A stretch of 64,000 nucleotides of DNA from Candidatus Levyibacteriota bacterium (GCA_016186625.1 JACPLG010000008.1:16071-80070); one strand, 5' to 3'. Shown: positions 17,719 to 27,371, counted from the first letter of the stretch. Notes: generated by a model not told the origin, from the sequence alone. Numbers and translations: made by a program.

Positions 17719-18975
17719 ATGCAAAATCCCTTAATTTCTGCTCTCAAAGTTCCTTCCTTTTCATTTCTTTTAATCTCCGAATTTTTTTCCCAATTTGCCA
17801 TGAATCTCTTAAACTTCATTCTTTTAATTGTTGTTTTCCAGTTGTCGAGTTCGAACCTGGCAGTAGCAGGAGTAATTCTTGCATTTACTCTTCCTTCAAT
17901 ACTTTTTGGAATTTTAGCAGGCGTTCTTGTTGACAGATGGAATAAGAAAAGAGTGCTTGTTTACACGAATATACTTCGAGCCGCTGCGGCATTTCCGCTA
18001 ATTCTTATTTCAAATGAACTTTTCTTTATTTATTTTTTGACTTTTTTGGTCTCTCTTATTACACAGTTTTTTGTACCGGCAGAAACTCCTATTATCCCGC
18101 AACTTGTCCCAAAATATTTGCTTCTTCCTGCAAATGCACTTTTTAGTATGGGAATTTTTGGATCTATAATTGTGGCATATGCTCTGTCCGGTCCTTTTCT
18201 CCTAATTTTTGGTTCAACCAACATTTTTATTTTTGTTACATTTCTTTTTATTGCTGCCTCAGTTTTTGCACTGCTCATAAAATTCAAAAATCCAAACAAC
18301 GGATCAAATCAAGGAAGAATAGAAATTTTTAAAGAGGTAAGAGATGCATTTACGCTTATGGCAAAAAAAGAGAAAATTTATCATTCTCTTTTTATTCTTA
18401 CACTTCTTCAAACACTGATTTTAGTTATTGCAGTAATTGGACCTGGTTATGCCACTAATATATTAAAGATTCAAGTAGAGAAATTCCCGCTACTTTTTGT
18501 TACTCCGGCTGTTGTTGGCATGGGTATTGGTGCTATAATAATTGGAAATTTCCTGCATCAAAAGTCCAAGCAAACTTTGGTGAAGTTTGGTCTTTTAATA
18601 ACAGGACTTATGGTACTGGCTTTCCCGCACGGAGGCTTGATCACCTCCAGGGAATTCATTCATCAGGTCAATCAAAACCTTCCAAATGTGTTGAGCATAA
18701 ATGATGTTCATATAATGATGATTATAGCCATCATAGTAGGATTTGCATTCTCGCTTGTTTTTGTACCATCAAATACAATGATTCAGGAAGAAACAACAGA
18801 CCGCCAAAGAGGTAAAATATACGGAACTCTTAATACATTTGTTGGAGCAGTTTCAATTGCACCGGTTTTAGGAGTTGGAATTGTTGCGGATTTATTTGGA
18901 GTGGGAAGAGTATTAACGCTTATTGGAATGATAATAATTCTGGCATCAGTTCTTCTTTTTTGGAAATATAAATAA
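17719..18975 (+). CDS. MFS transporter
   Basis: 12 TM segments, with the MFS motif region GVLVDRWNKKRVLV after TM2. Confidence 0.7.
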   Translation: MQNPLISALKVPSFSFLLISEFFSQFAMNLLNFILLIVVFQLSSSNLAVAGVILAFTLPSILFGILAGVLVDRWNKKRVLVYTNILRAAAAFPLILISNELFFIYFLTFLVSLITQFFVPAETPIIPQLVPKYLLLPANALFSMGIFGSIIVAYALSGPFLLIFGSTNIFIFVTFLFIAASVFALLIKFKNPNNGSNQGRIEIFKEVRDAFTLMAKKEKIYHSLFILTLLQTLILVIAVIGPGYATNILKIQVEKFPLLFVTPAVVGMGIGAIIIGNFLHQKSKQTLVKFGLLITGLMVLAFPHGGLITSREFIHQVNQNLPNVLSINDVHIMMIIAIIVGFAFSLVFVPSNTMIQEETTDRQRGKIYGTLNTFVGAVSIAPVLGVGIVADLFGVGRVLTLIGMIIILASVLLFWKYK

Positions 18976-18977
18976 TT

Positions 18978-19676
18978 ATGCAGTTTTTAATATTAGTTTT
19001 ATTTGCTTCCTTGGTTTTATTCCTATTTAGACTCTACCATTTAGCCTTTGATGATTACATTCTTGTTAAAAAGAATATAGAGCTTGATGATGTTTTTAAC
19101 GTTGCTTTTGCTTGCTCTCTTCTGGCACTTTTATTTTCAAGAATATTTTATGTAGTTATAAATCCTGAGAGGGTATTTTCGAGTCCCTTGGGATTTTTGC
19201 TATTTCCTTATTTCCCGGGTCTTTCTCTGACAGGGGGACTCTTTGGAGGAATCGTGGCTTTATTTTTCCTTAGCAGAAAGAAAAAGTTTCCAATAGGAAG
19301 AATTTTTGATTTTTTTTCAATTTCATTTATTTTTAGCCTGCCATTTGGTTTTGTTGGATATCTTCTTCTTTCCCAGGAGTTTACTTCGGGAAATCTGGTA
19401 AAGCTTATCTTATATGGTTTAATCCTTACTGCTTCAAATATTTATTTATATCCTAAAGCTAGCTTGTTTGAGATAAAAGACGGGACTATAAGCGCTTTGT
19501 TCTTAGTATTTTTTTCTTTAATCTCCCTGCTAACAAGGGCAATTGATCACCCGGGAACAATGAATTTTATAACTTATCGGGAAAACTTCGTTCTCCTTTT
19601 AATTTTAATTTCCGGAGTCTTATTTATTTTAAAACAGGAAATAATTGGGAGAATTTCAATTAAAGATGGGAAATAA
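18978..19676 (+). CDS. lgt: Prolipoprotein diacylglyceryl transferase-like membrane protein
   Basis: GLSLTGGLFGGIVALFFLSRKKK resembles the Lgt signature G(M)SFHGGLIG. The protein is polytopic. Confidence 0.45.
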   Translation: MQFLILVLFASLVLFLFRLYHLAFDDYILVKKNIELDDVFNVAFACSLLALLFSRIFYVVINPERVFSSPLGFLLFPYFPGLSLTGGLFGGIVALFFLSRKKKFPIGRIFDFFSISFIFSLPFGFVGYLLLSQEFTSGNLVKLILYGLILTASNIYLYPKASLFEIKDGTISALFLVFFSLISLLTRAIDHPGTMNFITYRENFVLLLILISGVLFILKQEIIGRISIKDGK

Positions 19677-20505
19677 GTCCAGCACCTTTTCCGGTAATAT
19701 TAATTCAAAAAGCAAAAACCCACTTAGAGGTAAAAAAGTGCTGGGTAAGCTCAAAATTATATTTGAAAATAAAGACTATTTGGTTATAGATAAACAATCA
19801 GCAGTTACGGTTAACAGATCTGACACAACCGGTGGGGAAGTGACTCTACAAGATTTGATAGATGAGTATGTTCAGAATACTCAGATAATCGGAAAATCGG
19901 AATCTCAGTTTGTTAGAAACGATTCAGATGTTGAATTTCGGAAAAGATCGGGGATTGTTCATAGGCTTGATAGAGAAACCTCAGGCATTTTGATAGTTGC
20001 CAAAAATCCTGCGTCTTTTAAGATTCTCCAATCTCAATTTAAAGAAAGAAAAGTTGAAAAAAGTTATATCGCTCTTGTTCACGGGAAACTTAGTCCTTCC
20101 CAGGGTGAGATAAATGTGCCGATAGGAAGACTTCCTTGGAATAGAAAAAGATTCGGCGTTCTGGCAGGGGGCAGAAACGCTGAAACTGCCTATCGGGTAA
20201 TTTCAAATTTAAAATTTAAAATTTCAAATGGGAGGCTAAGTCTAGTTCGTTTATTTCCAAAAACAGGAAGAACACATCAAATTAGGGTCCATCTCAAATA
20301 CATAAACCATCCAATTTTCGCAGACCCACTTTACGCAGGGAGAAAAACTTCAAGAGAAGATCGAAAACTTCTTCCAAGAATATTCTTGCATGCTGAAGGG
20401 TTGAGCTTTTTCGAACCTTCGGGAGGGGAGAAAAAAACTTTTAGAAGCGAACTTCCTTCGGAACTTAAGAGATTTCTTGATAGTTTAGAAAAGGTTGTCA
20501 ACTAA
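19645..20505 (+). CDS. RluA-family pseudouridine synthase. The start is probably internal to the ORF.
   Basis: HRLDRETSGILIVAKN catalytic-Asp motif. S4-like N-terminus. Confidence 0.8.
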   Translation: MGEFQLKMGNKSSTFSGNINSKSKNPLRGKKVLGKLKIIFENKDYLVIDKQSAVTVNRSDTTGGEVTLQDLIDEYVQNTQIIGKSESQFVRNDSDVEFRKRSGIVHRLDRETSGILIVAKNPASFKILQSQFKERKVEKSYIALVHGKLSPSQGEINVPIGRLPWNRKRFGVLAGGRNAETAYRVISNLKFKISNGRLSLVRLFPKTGRTHQIRVHLKYINHPIFADPLYAGRKTSREDRKLLPRIFLHAEGLSFFEPSGGEKKTFRSELPSELKRFLDSLEKVVN

Positions 20506-20646
20506 TGACTTTTTCGATAGGATAGATATATAAATCCTAATCTCAAAACTCTAAATCCTAAACAATACCAAAATACAAATAACAAATGTTTAAAAGAATT
20601 GGATTTTGAGATTTGAATTTATTTAGAATTTGAAAGGGGTGATAAT

Positions 20647-20781
20647 ATGCCAGGATTTGGTGGATATTATAAAGGAGAGAAGAAAAAAGCGAAAAAAGGC
20701 AAAGAAGTAAAAGGGAATGTTTATAGCTCCACCCCTACTTACGTAATGCCAGAAATTATCTCAAAAAAAAAGCCCGCTTAA
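20647..20781 (+). CDS. Small Lys-rich protein of 44 aa (MPGFGGYYKGEKKKAKKGKEVKGNVYSSTPTYVMPEIISKKKPA)
   Basis: A GAAAGGGGTG RBS lies 7 nt upstream. A palindrome/terminator-like CCGCTTAAGCGG follows the stop. Confidence 0.3.
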   Translation: MPGFGGYYKGEKKKAKKGKEVKGNVYSSTPTYVMPEIISKKKPA

Positions 20782-20785
20782 GCGG

Positions 20786-21580
20786 TTGAAAAAATTGGTA
20801 ATGAGAGCAAAAAAGAAAGAAAAACCAAAGAGTCTTAACTTAGCTTTATATTTTGGATTTTTTGTTTTTTTAATTGTTGCAGCATCATTTATCTTTAAGG
20901 TAATTGAGGAGATAGGGAAAAGTAAGTTTGATGGAGATAATAGGTTCACTGTGGCTGTACTTGGGGAGGATGGCGCCAATATCATTTCTATTTCTCCAAA
21001 AGATAATTCGCTAACCAGAGTCCATGTTTTGGGCACTGTTTCTCCTGCAACGCTTAGAAATCTGTCAATCCCAATTTATTCCTATGTAAAACCTGAATCT
21101 GAAATTTCCGGCTCTGCGAAACTCTATTTTGTAAAAATGCTTTTTAATAAAAGAAGCCTGGAAACAGATCTAGGCATATTTGATTTGTTAAAACTTTCTT
21201 TTTACTCTTTAAGAACACCCCAGGAAAAATTAAAAGAGGAAGTGTTATCGGTTGAGGAAATTGATCAGTACTTTTTATCCTCGAGTCTATTCGTAGATGA
21301 TAGGATTTCTTCTGAAAAAGTAAAAATTCAGATTACAAACGCAACCAATGTCTCAGGCCTTGGAAATAAAATTGCAAAAATTCTTACCAATATGGGAGCA
21401 AACGTCGTTTTGGTAAATTCATCGAAAGAAACAGAAAGTAAAAGTAAAATAATTTATCGGGAGGAAAGCTACAGTCTTGAAAAAACTTCACAAATTCTTG
21501 GAATAAGTACGCAAAAAGGGGAGACCGGTTCTATATCTGATATCATAATAATTGTCGGAGAAGATAAAGAGGATTTTTAA
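20786..21580 (+). CDS. LytR C-terminal (LytR_C) domain-containing membrane-anchored protein. Start TTG 20786 or ATG 20801.
   Basis: N-terminal TM segment. The C-terminal KVKIQITNATNVSGLGNKIAKILTNMGANVVLV matches the LytR_C domain pattern. Confidence 0.5.
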   Translation: MKKLVMRAKKKEKPKSLNLALYFGFFVFLIVAASFIFKVIEEIGKSKFDGDNRFTVAVLGEDGANIISISPKDNSLTRVHVLGTVSPATLRNLSIPIYSYVKPESEISGSAKLYFVKMLFNKRSLETDLGIFDLLKLSFYSLRTPQEKLKEEVLSVEEIDQYFLSSSLFVDDRISSEKVKIQITNATNVSGLGNKIAKILTNMGANVVLVNSSKETESKSKIIYREESYSLEKTSQILGISTQKGETGSISDIIIIVGEDKEDF

Positions 21581-21743
21581 TGCTTTTTTTCTGGGTTATA
21601 ATTATTGCTTTAATTTCGGTTGTCTGGGCTTTTATTGCCCTAAATCGGGAAAGGAATAAAAAAGAAATGGAGAAGGCAAAAGAGGATATTGCAAAAGACA
21701 GAGTGGTATTTCACTCCTCAGACGTATCAGACTCCTCATCCTC
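21579..21743 (+). CDS. Small single-TM protein of 54 aa, translationally coupled (TAATG) to the preceding gene
   Basis: MLFFWVIIIALISVVWAFIALNRERNKK... has one TM helix and an acidic tail. Confidence 0.3.
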
Positions 21744-22409
21744 GTAATTTGTATTTGGCTTTATTTTTGCCCTACCGTTTTTCTTAAGACTTAACTTCTT
21801 TTCAACCAGGTGCAGGAAAGAAGGTTGATCCCTGAATTTAGCAGAGCGTTTTAGTTCTCGAATAAAGATAGTGACGTTTTGATGGCTAGCGGATTTTACA
21901 AAAGCCTCATATTTATTTCCGCCTTTTATAAACTTAATAAGCCTTTTACCAATATCATCAGGAAGTGCTCCAATATATTTTTTTCCTTGAGAAATAAATA
22001 TTTTGAGTCTTTTTGCAGATAATTCAACTGACTGTCCTGTTCTAAGCGTGAGCAAAACTTCAGCTTGTGCCAGATTTATTAGATCAATCACTTTTGTTTT
22101 CCCTGTTTCTTCAAGAAAAATATTATTTACCTGAATAATTATATTGTCACTTAAGTTTTCCACTGAATCACTTTTAATTTTTTTTAAATTTTTGAGCGCA
22201 ATTGAGTTCAGAGGATCAATCTCAAGAACTTTTTGATAAGTATTTTTTGCAGATTTTGTTTTGCCAAGAATAGTATAAGCAAGACCCATTCTGTTTAAGG
22301 CTTCGACATCCTGCGGGTTGTCAAGTAGAATCGATTTATTTAATTTAACTGCTTCTTCCCAATTTCCCCCTAGTGCGGTCTTAATGGCAAGATCTGAAGT
22401 TGCTTTCAT
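21711..22409 (-). CDS. Tetratricopeptide-repeat protein
   Basis: The N-terminal region has TPR repeats (WEEAVKLNKSILLDNPQDVEALNRMGLAYTILGK...). Confidence 0.55.
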   Translation of the reverse strand: MKATSDLAIKTALGGNWEEAVKLNKSILLDNPQDVEALNRMGLAYTILGKTKSAKNTYQKVLEIDPLNSIALKNLKKIKSDSVENLSDNIIIQVNNIFLEETGKTKVIDLINLAQAEVLLTLRTGQSVELSAKRLKIFISQGKKYIGALPDDIGKRLIKFIKGGNKYEAFVKSASHQNVTIFIRELKRSAKFRDQPSFLHLVEKKLSLKKNGRAKIKPNTNYEDEESDTSEE

Positions 22410-22562
22410 GAGGATTTAGATTGAAAGATTTTACATTTTACTTTTGCAAAAGTCAATAATCAAATGATAGAATACTCATGCAATACTACCAATAAATACC
22501 AATACTACCAATAAACCAATATTGAAATATTTGTAGTATTTGAAATTGGTAGTATTTATTCT

Positions 22563-23285
22563 ATGAGTGGACATTCAAAATGGTCGACAATTAAGAGACA
22601 AAAAGGGGCAGCGGACGCGCGGCGCGGAGCCATCTTCACCAAAATTTCAAACGCAATAACCATAGCTGTTAAACAAGGGGGAGGGATAGGGGATCCCGCT
22701 CAGAACTCAAAATTACGTCTTGCAATTGAAATGGCAAGAGACGCTAACATGCCAAAAGAAAATATTGAGCGCGCAATTAAAAGAGCAAGGGAGCGTGGAG
22801 AAGGGGAGTTATCAGAGCTCACATATGAAGGTTTTGCGCCAGGCGGAATTTCCGTTTTGGTAGAGGCTATAACAGATAATGCAAATAGGACAACCTCTGA
22901 AGTTAAAAACTTGTTTAACAAATGGGGAGGAAGGCTTGCTGAGCCAAGATCTGTCGCTTACCAATTTGAACAAATAGGTGAAATTACGGTTGCCAAAAAT
23001 GAAAAATCAATTGATGATATTTTTTTAACAGCTGCTGATTTGGGAGCGCTGGATGTGGAGGATAGGGTAGATGCGGCAGCAGTTTTCACCGATATTTCTT
23101 CACTCTCTAAAATAAAAGATGGGCTCGCCACAGCCGGATTTAGGGTGTTAAGCTCGGAAATTTCCTTAAGGCCCAAAACAAAGATAAAAACGTCTCAAGA
23201 GACAAAAGACAAAACGATAAATTTTCTTTCCTCGCTTGAAGATATAGATGATGTCCAAAAAGTATATTCTAATATTGCGCTTTAA
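22563..23285 (+). CDS. yebC: YebC/PmpR-family transcriptional regulator
   Basis: MSGHSKWSTIKRQKGAADARRGAIFTK is the canonical YebC N-terminus. Confidence 0.9.
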   Translation: MSGHSKWSTIKRQKGAADARRGAIFTKISNAITIAVKQGGGIGDPAQNSKLRLAIEMARDANMPKENIERAIKRARERGEGELSELTYEGFAPGGISVLVEAITDNANRTTSEVKNLFNKWGGRLAEPRSVAYQFEQIGEITVAKNEKSIDDIFLTAADLGALDVEDRVDAAAVFTDISSLSKIKDGLATAGFRVLSSEISLRPKTKIKTSQETKDKTINFLSSLEDIDDVQKVYSNIAL

Positions 23286-24089
23286 ATGAAAATTAAAATC
23301 CCTACACTTTTTAAGAAAAATTTTTTCACAAAAAGACAGAGATTTACAGCTGGAGTTATAATTTTGTCCGCAAGTTTATTTCTGGTCGAGCATTTCTTAT
23401 CGAGGTCTGCGCTATACGCTGTATTGCTGTTAGCAATTCTTACAGATATTTTTCTTTATTGGGCTCTTCACAAAGATCTTAAAGACAATTTTTCACCTCA
23501 GGTATTTATTTTACCCTTCCTGTACACTCTGGCATTTGGTCTTTTTTATTTTTCACTGCCGCAAAGATTACTCGTAGAGATATTTCTTACAATTCTTTAT
23601 GCTGTCGGGCTTTATTCTGCTTATTTATCCCAGAATATTTTCACAATATCATCTATTAGAACTATTGCACTTCTTTCTAGTGCGAGAACTGTATCTTTTG
23701 TGCTAAGTATCTTCATATATGCTTTTTTCACAAATACGGTCTTTAGCTCACAGCTTAGTTTTTTTATAATTTTACCTCTAGTTTTTACTTACTCATTACT
23801 TTTGATAATCCATTTGTTATGGACCTATACTTTAGAGAAAAAACTAAGGACCGAGTTTTTGTGGGGGATATTATTAAGTGTCTGTCTTTCGCAAATGTCA
23901 CTCCTTCTGTGGTTTTGGCCAAGCAAACCTCTTGTAATATCTCTTTTTTTAACAGGATTTTTTTATATCATAGTTGGTCTTTCTCATCTTTGGTTTGAAA
24001 AAAGACTTTTTAAATCAGTCCTTTGGGAATACATCTGGGTGGCTGTTTTTGTATTTATAGTACTCGTTGTCTTCACTTCCTGGACATAA
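23286..24089 (+). CDS. Polytopic membrane protein, hypothetical
   Basis: About 8 TM helices. No recognised family. Confidence 0.45.
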   Translation: MKIKIPTLFKKNFFTKRQRFTAGVIILSASLFLVEHFLSRSALYAVLLLAILTDIFLYWALHKDLKDNFSPQVFILPFLYTLAFGLFYFSLPQRLLVEIFLTILYAVGLYSAYLSQNIFTISSIRTIALLSSARTVSFVLSIFIYAFFTNTVFSSQLSFFIILPLVFTYSLLLIIHLLWTYTLEKKLRTEFLWGILLSVCLSQMSLLLWFWPSKPLVISLFLTGFFYIIVGLSHLWFEKRLFKSVLWEYIWVAVFVFIVLVVFTSWT

Positions 24090-24091
24090 AA

Positions 24092-24133
24092 ATAGCAAAT
24101 AGCAAATAGCAAATAGCAAATAGCAAATAGACA
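24092..24133. repeat. Tandem heptamer (AAATAGC)x5-6. It is related to the GCTATTTACTATTT motifs at 58-98, 42447-42490 and 45753-45790.
   Basis: Direct inspection of the sequence. Confidence 0.8.
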
Positions 24134-25110
24134 AACGTTAGTAGGGAAGAGAGGTTAGTAGAAGGTATCAAAAGCATCAGAGGTATCAAAAGCATCAGAG
24201 GGAGAGCGATTCTAAAATTAATAATTTATTGCGGTTATTAAAAGAATTAAACAGGACCAAAGGTGGGGAAGAGGAGAGGGTGGAATTCTGATGATGCAGT
24301 TTGAGATACTGAATGTTGATATAGTTTGATATAGATAATGATTAAAATATTATAGGACTAAAAATTATAATTTTTAGTCTCAGATGGAGGATTTCACGAG
24401 ATTTTGCGACACTTTTCACAGCCAGGCTGGCTCGTTTGATCGGAAGCTAGAGGCGGAGCGGGTATGAGTAGAATTACATATCGGGAAATGAATGTGTATC
24501 TCTCTTATTTTCAGCCTCGAAACTAATCGTTTTCCCTGCAAAGTCAGGCTAAACGCCACTAAAAAAGAAAAAAATACGAATGTCTATTCTTACAATTCTT
24601 GAGGCTAAGAACTTACGTTTGGATTGACTAGACAAGCTAAACTCGACCTATGTGGAAAACTCGTTTCCTGGGGAAGAAAACAAGTGATAAACTTATCAAA
24701 AAGTATAATAAAATACTCAGGGAATTAAATATCAATGCCTTAAATCGAAGTACAGTGTCTTCCATTTATCTTCCCGAGCCGATCTACATAATTTTGGACA
24801 TGTGTCAGGCGCTGGGAGAGAGGAAGTGATAATGTCGTAGAATAATACTTTTACGACGTCACGGAGACTAGTCTTTCAGAGAAGACCTCTTTTAACCCCA
24901 TTTATTTTATCAGTATTTATCTGAAATTTTAAATTCGTTTAATTCCTTGTAGTATTCATCTCCCGATTTTCCTAATCGGTACAATATACCGCTATCCCCC
25001 GCTATAGGACATATGTTATTTATTTTTTCGAGGCTAAATGAAGCTAAATTTCAATTACTATCACACTCATCCAGCCTTGGAGAAGTTGTTTAGAGCCTAA
25101 GAATATAAGC

Positions 25111-25599
25111 TTATGAGTTATCTTCTTGTAAACTAGCAATTTCTCTGAGACGGTCAGGATCGACAATGCGATAAACAGTATGTTCTCCTCGCCATTCTTC
25201 CTCAGTTTGCTCTGCTTCTATAGCTCCTTCTCTAGCAAGCTGCGCAAGGGATTGGCTTAATGCGCGATAAGCAGGTGAATCTAGTCCTTTTCTCAACTGC
25301 CCCTTTGCCGAAAGAATTGTCCGTTTATCAAAAGGGTTTGCATATGGATCAAGTCCTGCGCGGTCTCTTAGGGGATTTCTAGTGATTGTAAGTATATCCT
25401 CTGCAATGCGCCTTTGAGTGTAGTCTTGAGGCTTAAAAGGTTTTATAAAAGAAACGTGATCTGCTACAGCTTCTATTAACCTGCGAACTAATGGAGTTTT
25501 AGTTGATTGACTACTTTCACTAGAACCTGGAGCTGCGTCTCTACTCGTATTTTTCCCAAGTCCTGGGGTTCTGAATTCCGAAACTCCTACTTCTGGCAT
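25111..25599 (-). CDS. Hypothetical protein; the first cassette of the island
   Basis: GC-richer ORF. Start context is TATAAATTAGTT-ATG (leaderless-type). Confidence 0.4.
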   Translation of the reverse strand: MPEVGVSEFRTPGLGKNTSRDAAPGSSESSQSTKTPLVRRLIEAVADHVSFIKPFKPQDYTQRRIAEDILTITRNPLRDRAGLDPYANPFDKRTILSAKGQLRKGLDSPAYRALSQSLAQLAREGAIEAEQTEEEWRGEHTVYRIVDPDRLREIASLQEDNS

Positions 25600-25634
25600 A
25601 ACTAATTTATATCACTTGCTTATATCCCATTCAA

Positions 25635-25874
25635 CTATGAGAAAGGTTTCATCCAGCCCCGAGTGACTCTTTGTGCTTTTCGTTTGCTCTGAAGATTTTG
25701 CTCTTCAATTATTTCAACGCCCGGAAGGCCTTTTTCTCCCATAATAAGTTTTGCCCTGACGCAAAGAAAATTCTTTGGCTCTTTCCGGATAATAACAAGA
25801 AAATATCCGCCTTCTGTTTTTCGTGCCCATTCCTTGTACTCTGGCGTGTACCACGTCACAAACCACTTCTTCAT
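25635..25874 (-). CDS. Hypothetical small protein; a cassette gene
   Basis: The start codon directly follows the conserved module CTGCTATAATTGCCTC-ATG. Confidence 0.4.
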   Translation of the reverse strand: MKKWFVTWYTPEYKEWARKTEGGYFLVIIRKEPKNFLCVRAKLIMGEKGLPGVEIIEEQNLQSKRKAQRVTRGWMKPFS

Positions 25875-25876
25875 GA

Positions 25877-25980
25877 GGCAATTATAGCAGAGTTGTGCTT
25901 AGGGTTTTTGGTGTCTGAATGTACCTTCCCACTTGGAATGTGGGAAGCAAGATTCTATCATTCATTGGGGGAATTATAGC
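25877..25980. repeat. Left copy of a roughly 105-bp direct repeat. It has module half-sites at both ends, a hairpin CTTCCCAC-N7-GTGGGAAG, and a minus-strand 27-codon ORF (MNDRILLPTFQVGRYIQTPKTLSTTLL).
   Basis: About 95% identical to 31853-31966. Confidence 0.85.
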
Positions 25981-25995
25981 AGTATAGCAGAAGAG

Positions 25996-26601
25996 TTATC
26001 TTTGAAGAATTTTAATAGCGATATCTCGCCCCAGAATCTTTGAAAGTTCCACCCAGACAATAACAATTTGCTCCATCAGTATAAATGATTCATTTCCTCC
26101 TAGATCATAGATTTTTCCAAAACCAATTTGTTTGGCAAGTTTGGTTGCTATCTTTTTCCCGCGAGTACTGTCTCCCCCAACAAACATATCTATTTTTTCA
26201 CCTTTGTAAATTGGGTTTTCCATATTTTTAAATCCGGTTGTATTAAAACACCTCACAATATCTTTTGTGTTTGTGTAAGCAAGAAGTGCCTCGGTAGTTG
26301 TACCGTAAGGTTTTGGTACTCCTCGAAATGCATTCATTACATCAATTATAACTTTGCCAGAAATATCTCCCATATGCTTGGCAATCTCCTTTGTTGCCCT
26401 AGGATCAGCAGCAGTTACAATTACGTCTGCGTTCTTTACTGCTTCAGAAATTGAATGAGCAGAGATATTTTTTGAAAGAAGCCTTTTTACTTTCGGCTTG
26501 TTTTCATCCCTAACGCCCAAGAAAACCCTATGCCCAACTTCTTCAAATCTCTTGGCAAGAGTTCCGCCCACATCACCAGCGCCAATAATTGCAATTTTCA
26601 T
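25996..26601 (-). CDS. NADP oxidoreductase, coenzyme F420-dependent family (Rossmann; ProC-like)
   Basis: MKIAIIGAGDVGGTLAKRF dinucleotide-binding motif. Length and layout fit F420_oxidored. Confidence 0.6.
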   Translation of the reverse strand: MKIAIIGAGDVGGTLAKRFEEVGHRVFLGVRDENKPKVKRLLSKNISAHSISEAVKNADVIVTAADPRATKEIAKHMGDISGKVIIDVMNAFRGVPKPYGTTTEALLAYTNTKDIVRCFNTTGFKNMENPIYKGEKIDMFVGGDSTRGKKIATKLAKQIGFGKIYDLGGNESFILMEQIVIVWVELSKILGRDIAIKILQR

Positions 26602-27092
26602 AAATTTTTATTGATATTTTTGTAAAAATCGTAGTGAGGGATTTCTTCTTCAGTCGGTGGACCAAATATTTTATGCCATTTTTTAAGATAAGCAAGGCTG
26701 ACTTTGAAAGGATAGTCTTTTTTGTTCCTCTTTTTAACTCTTTCCCAAAGAACATTAAGTGGTGCATCTAAGAAAAAAAGCTCTATCCTTAGACCAGCTT
26801 TTTTGAGTTGGACTTTGTGGTGGTCTCTATCTACTTTTGTCCAAAATCCATTTTCCAGAATTACATTTACGCCAAGATTGGCTAATATTATCGCTTGCTC
26901 GAACATGAGTTTTTCAAGTGGAGTCCTTATCCTTTTTGCCTCATCCATGTCAGTTGGGTCTTTTAGAAGGGGAATAATCCACTCATCTGGACAAAACCTA
27001 ACAGCTTTTCTTTCTTTTTCCAGTTTTTTGGCAAATGTAGTTTTTCCAGCCCCCGGAAGACCACAGACCATAATAACTGTTCCCTTTTTCAT
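26598..27092 (-). CDS. P-loop NTPase (AAA_33, zeta-toxin or kinase-like)
   Basis: VCGLPGAGKTTFAKKL Walker A. The ATG abuts the conserved module. Confidence 0.55.
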   Translation of the reverse strand: MKKGTVIMVCGLPGAGKTTFAKKLEKERKAVRFCPDEWIIPLLKDPTDMDEAKRIRTPLEKLMFEQAIILANLGVNVILENGFWTKVDRDHHKVQLKKAGLRIELFFLDAPLNVLWERVKKRNKKDYPFKVSLAYLKKWHKIFGPPTEEEIPHYDFYKNINKNL

Positions 27093-27116
27093 GGGGCAAT
27101 TATAGCAGAAGAATAA

Positions 27117-27371
27117 TTATTTTCTATAGATTTCTCGTCTGTGGCCTACCCTGAGAATTACAATGTTTTGTTTGTCTATATCAAAAACTATTCTGTAGTT
27201 TCCAACCCTGTAACGATAAGTGCCAATAGATGAGTTTATGAGTTTTTTAGAAAGTCCTTTCGGGTCCTTTGAAAGTTCTTCCAGCTTCTTTTTTATTCTT
27301 TTCTTTGCAATACTGTCAAGTTTTTGGATATCTTTGACTGCGGTTTTAGTATAGAGGAGCTTATAAGCCAT
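27117..27371 (-). CDS. Type II toxin, RelE/ParE family
   Basis: 84 aa with a C-terminal ...YRIVFDIDKQNIVILRVGHRREIY fold signature. Confidence 0.8.
   Translation of the reverse strand: MAYKLLYTKTAVKDIQKLDSIAKKRIKKKLEELSKDPKGLSKKLINSSIGTYRYRVGNYRIVFDIDKQNIVILRVGHRREIYRK

Noticed and set aside
25671-25979. A plus-strand 102-aa ORF (and the homologous 31820..32002) spanning the 105-bp repeat
   Set aside because: Both ORFs are antisense to, or spanning, the duplicated repeat element. Their similarity is explained by the DNA repeat, and they show no independent coding signal.
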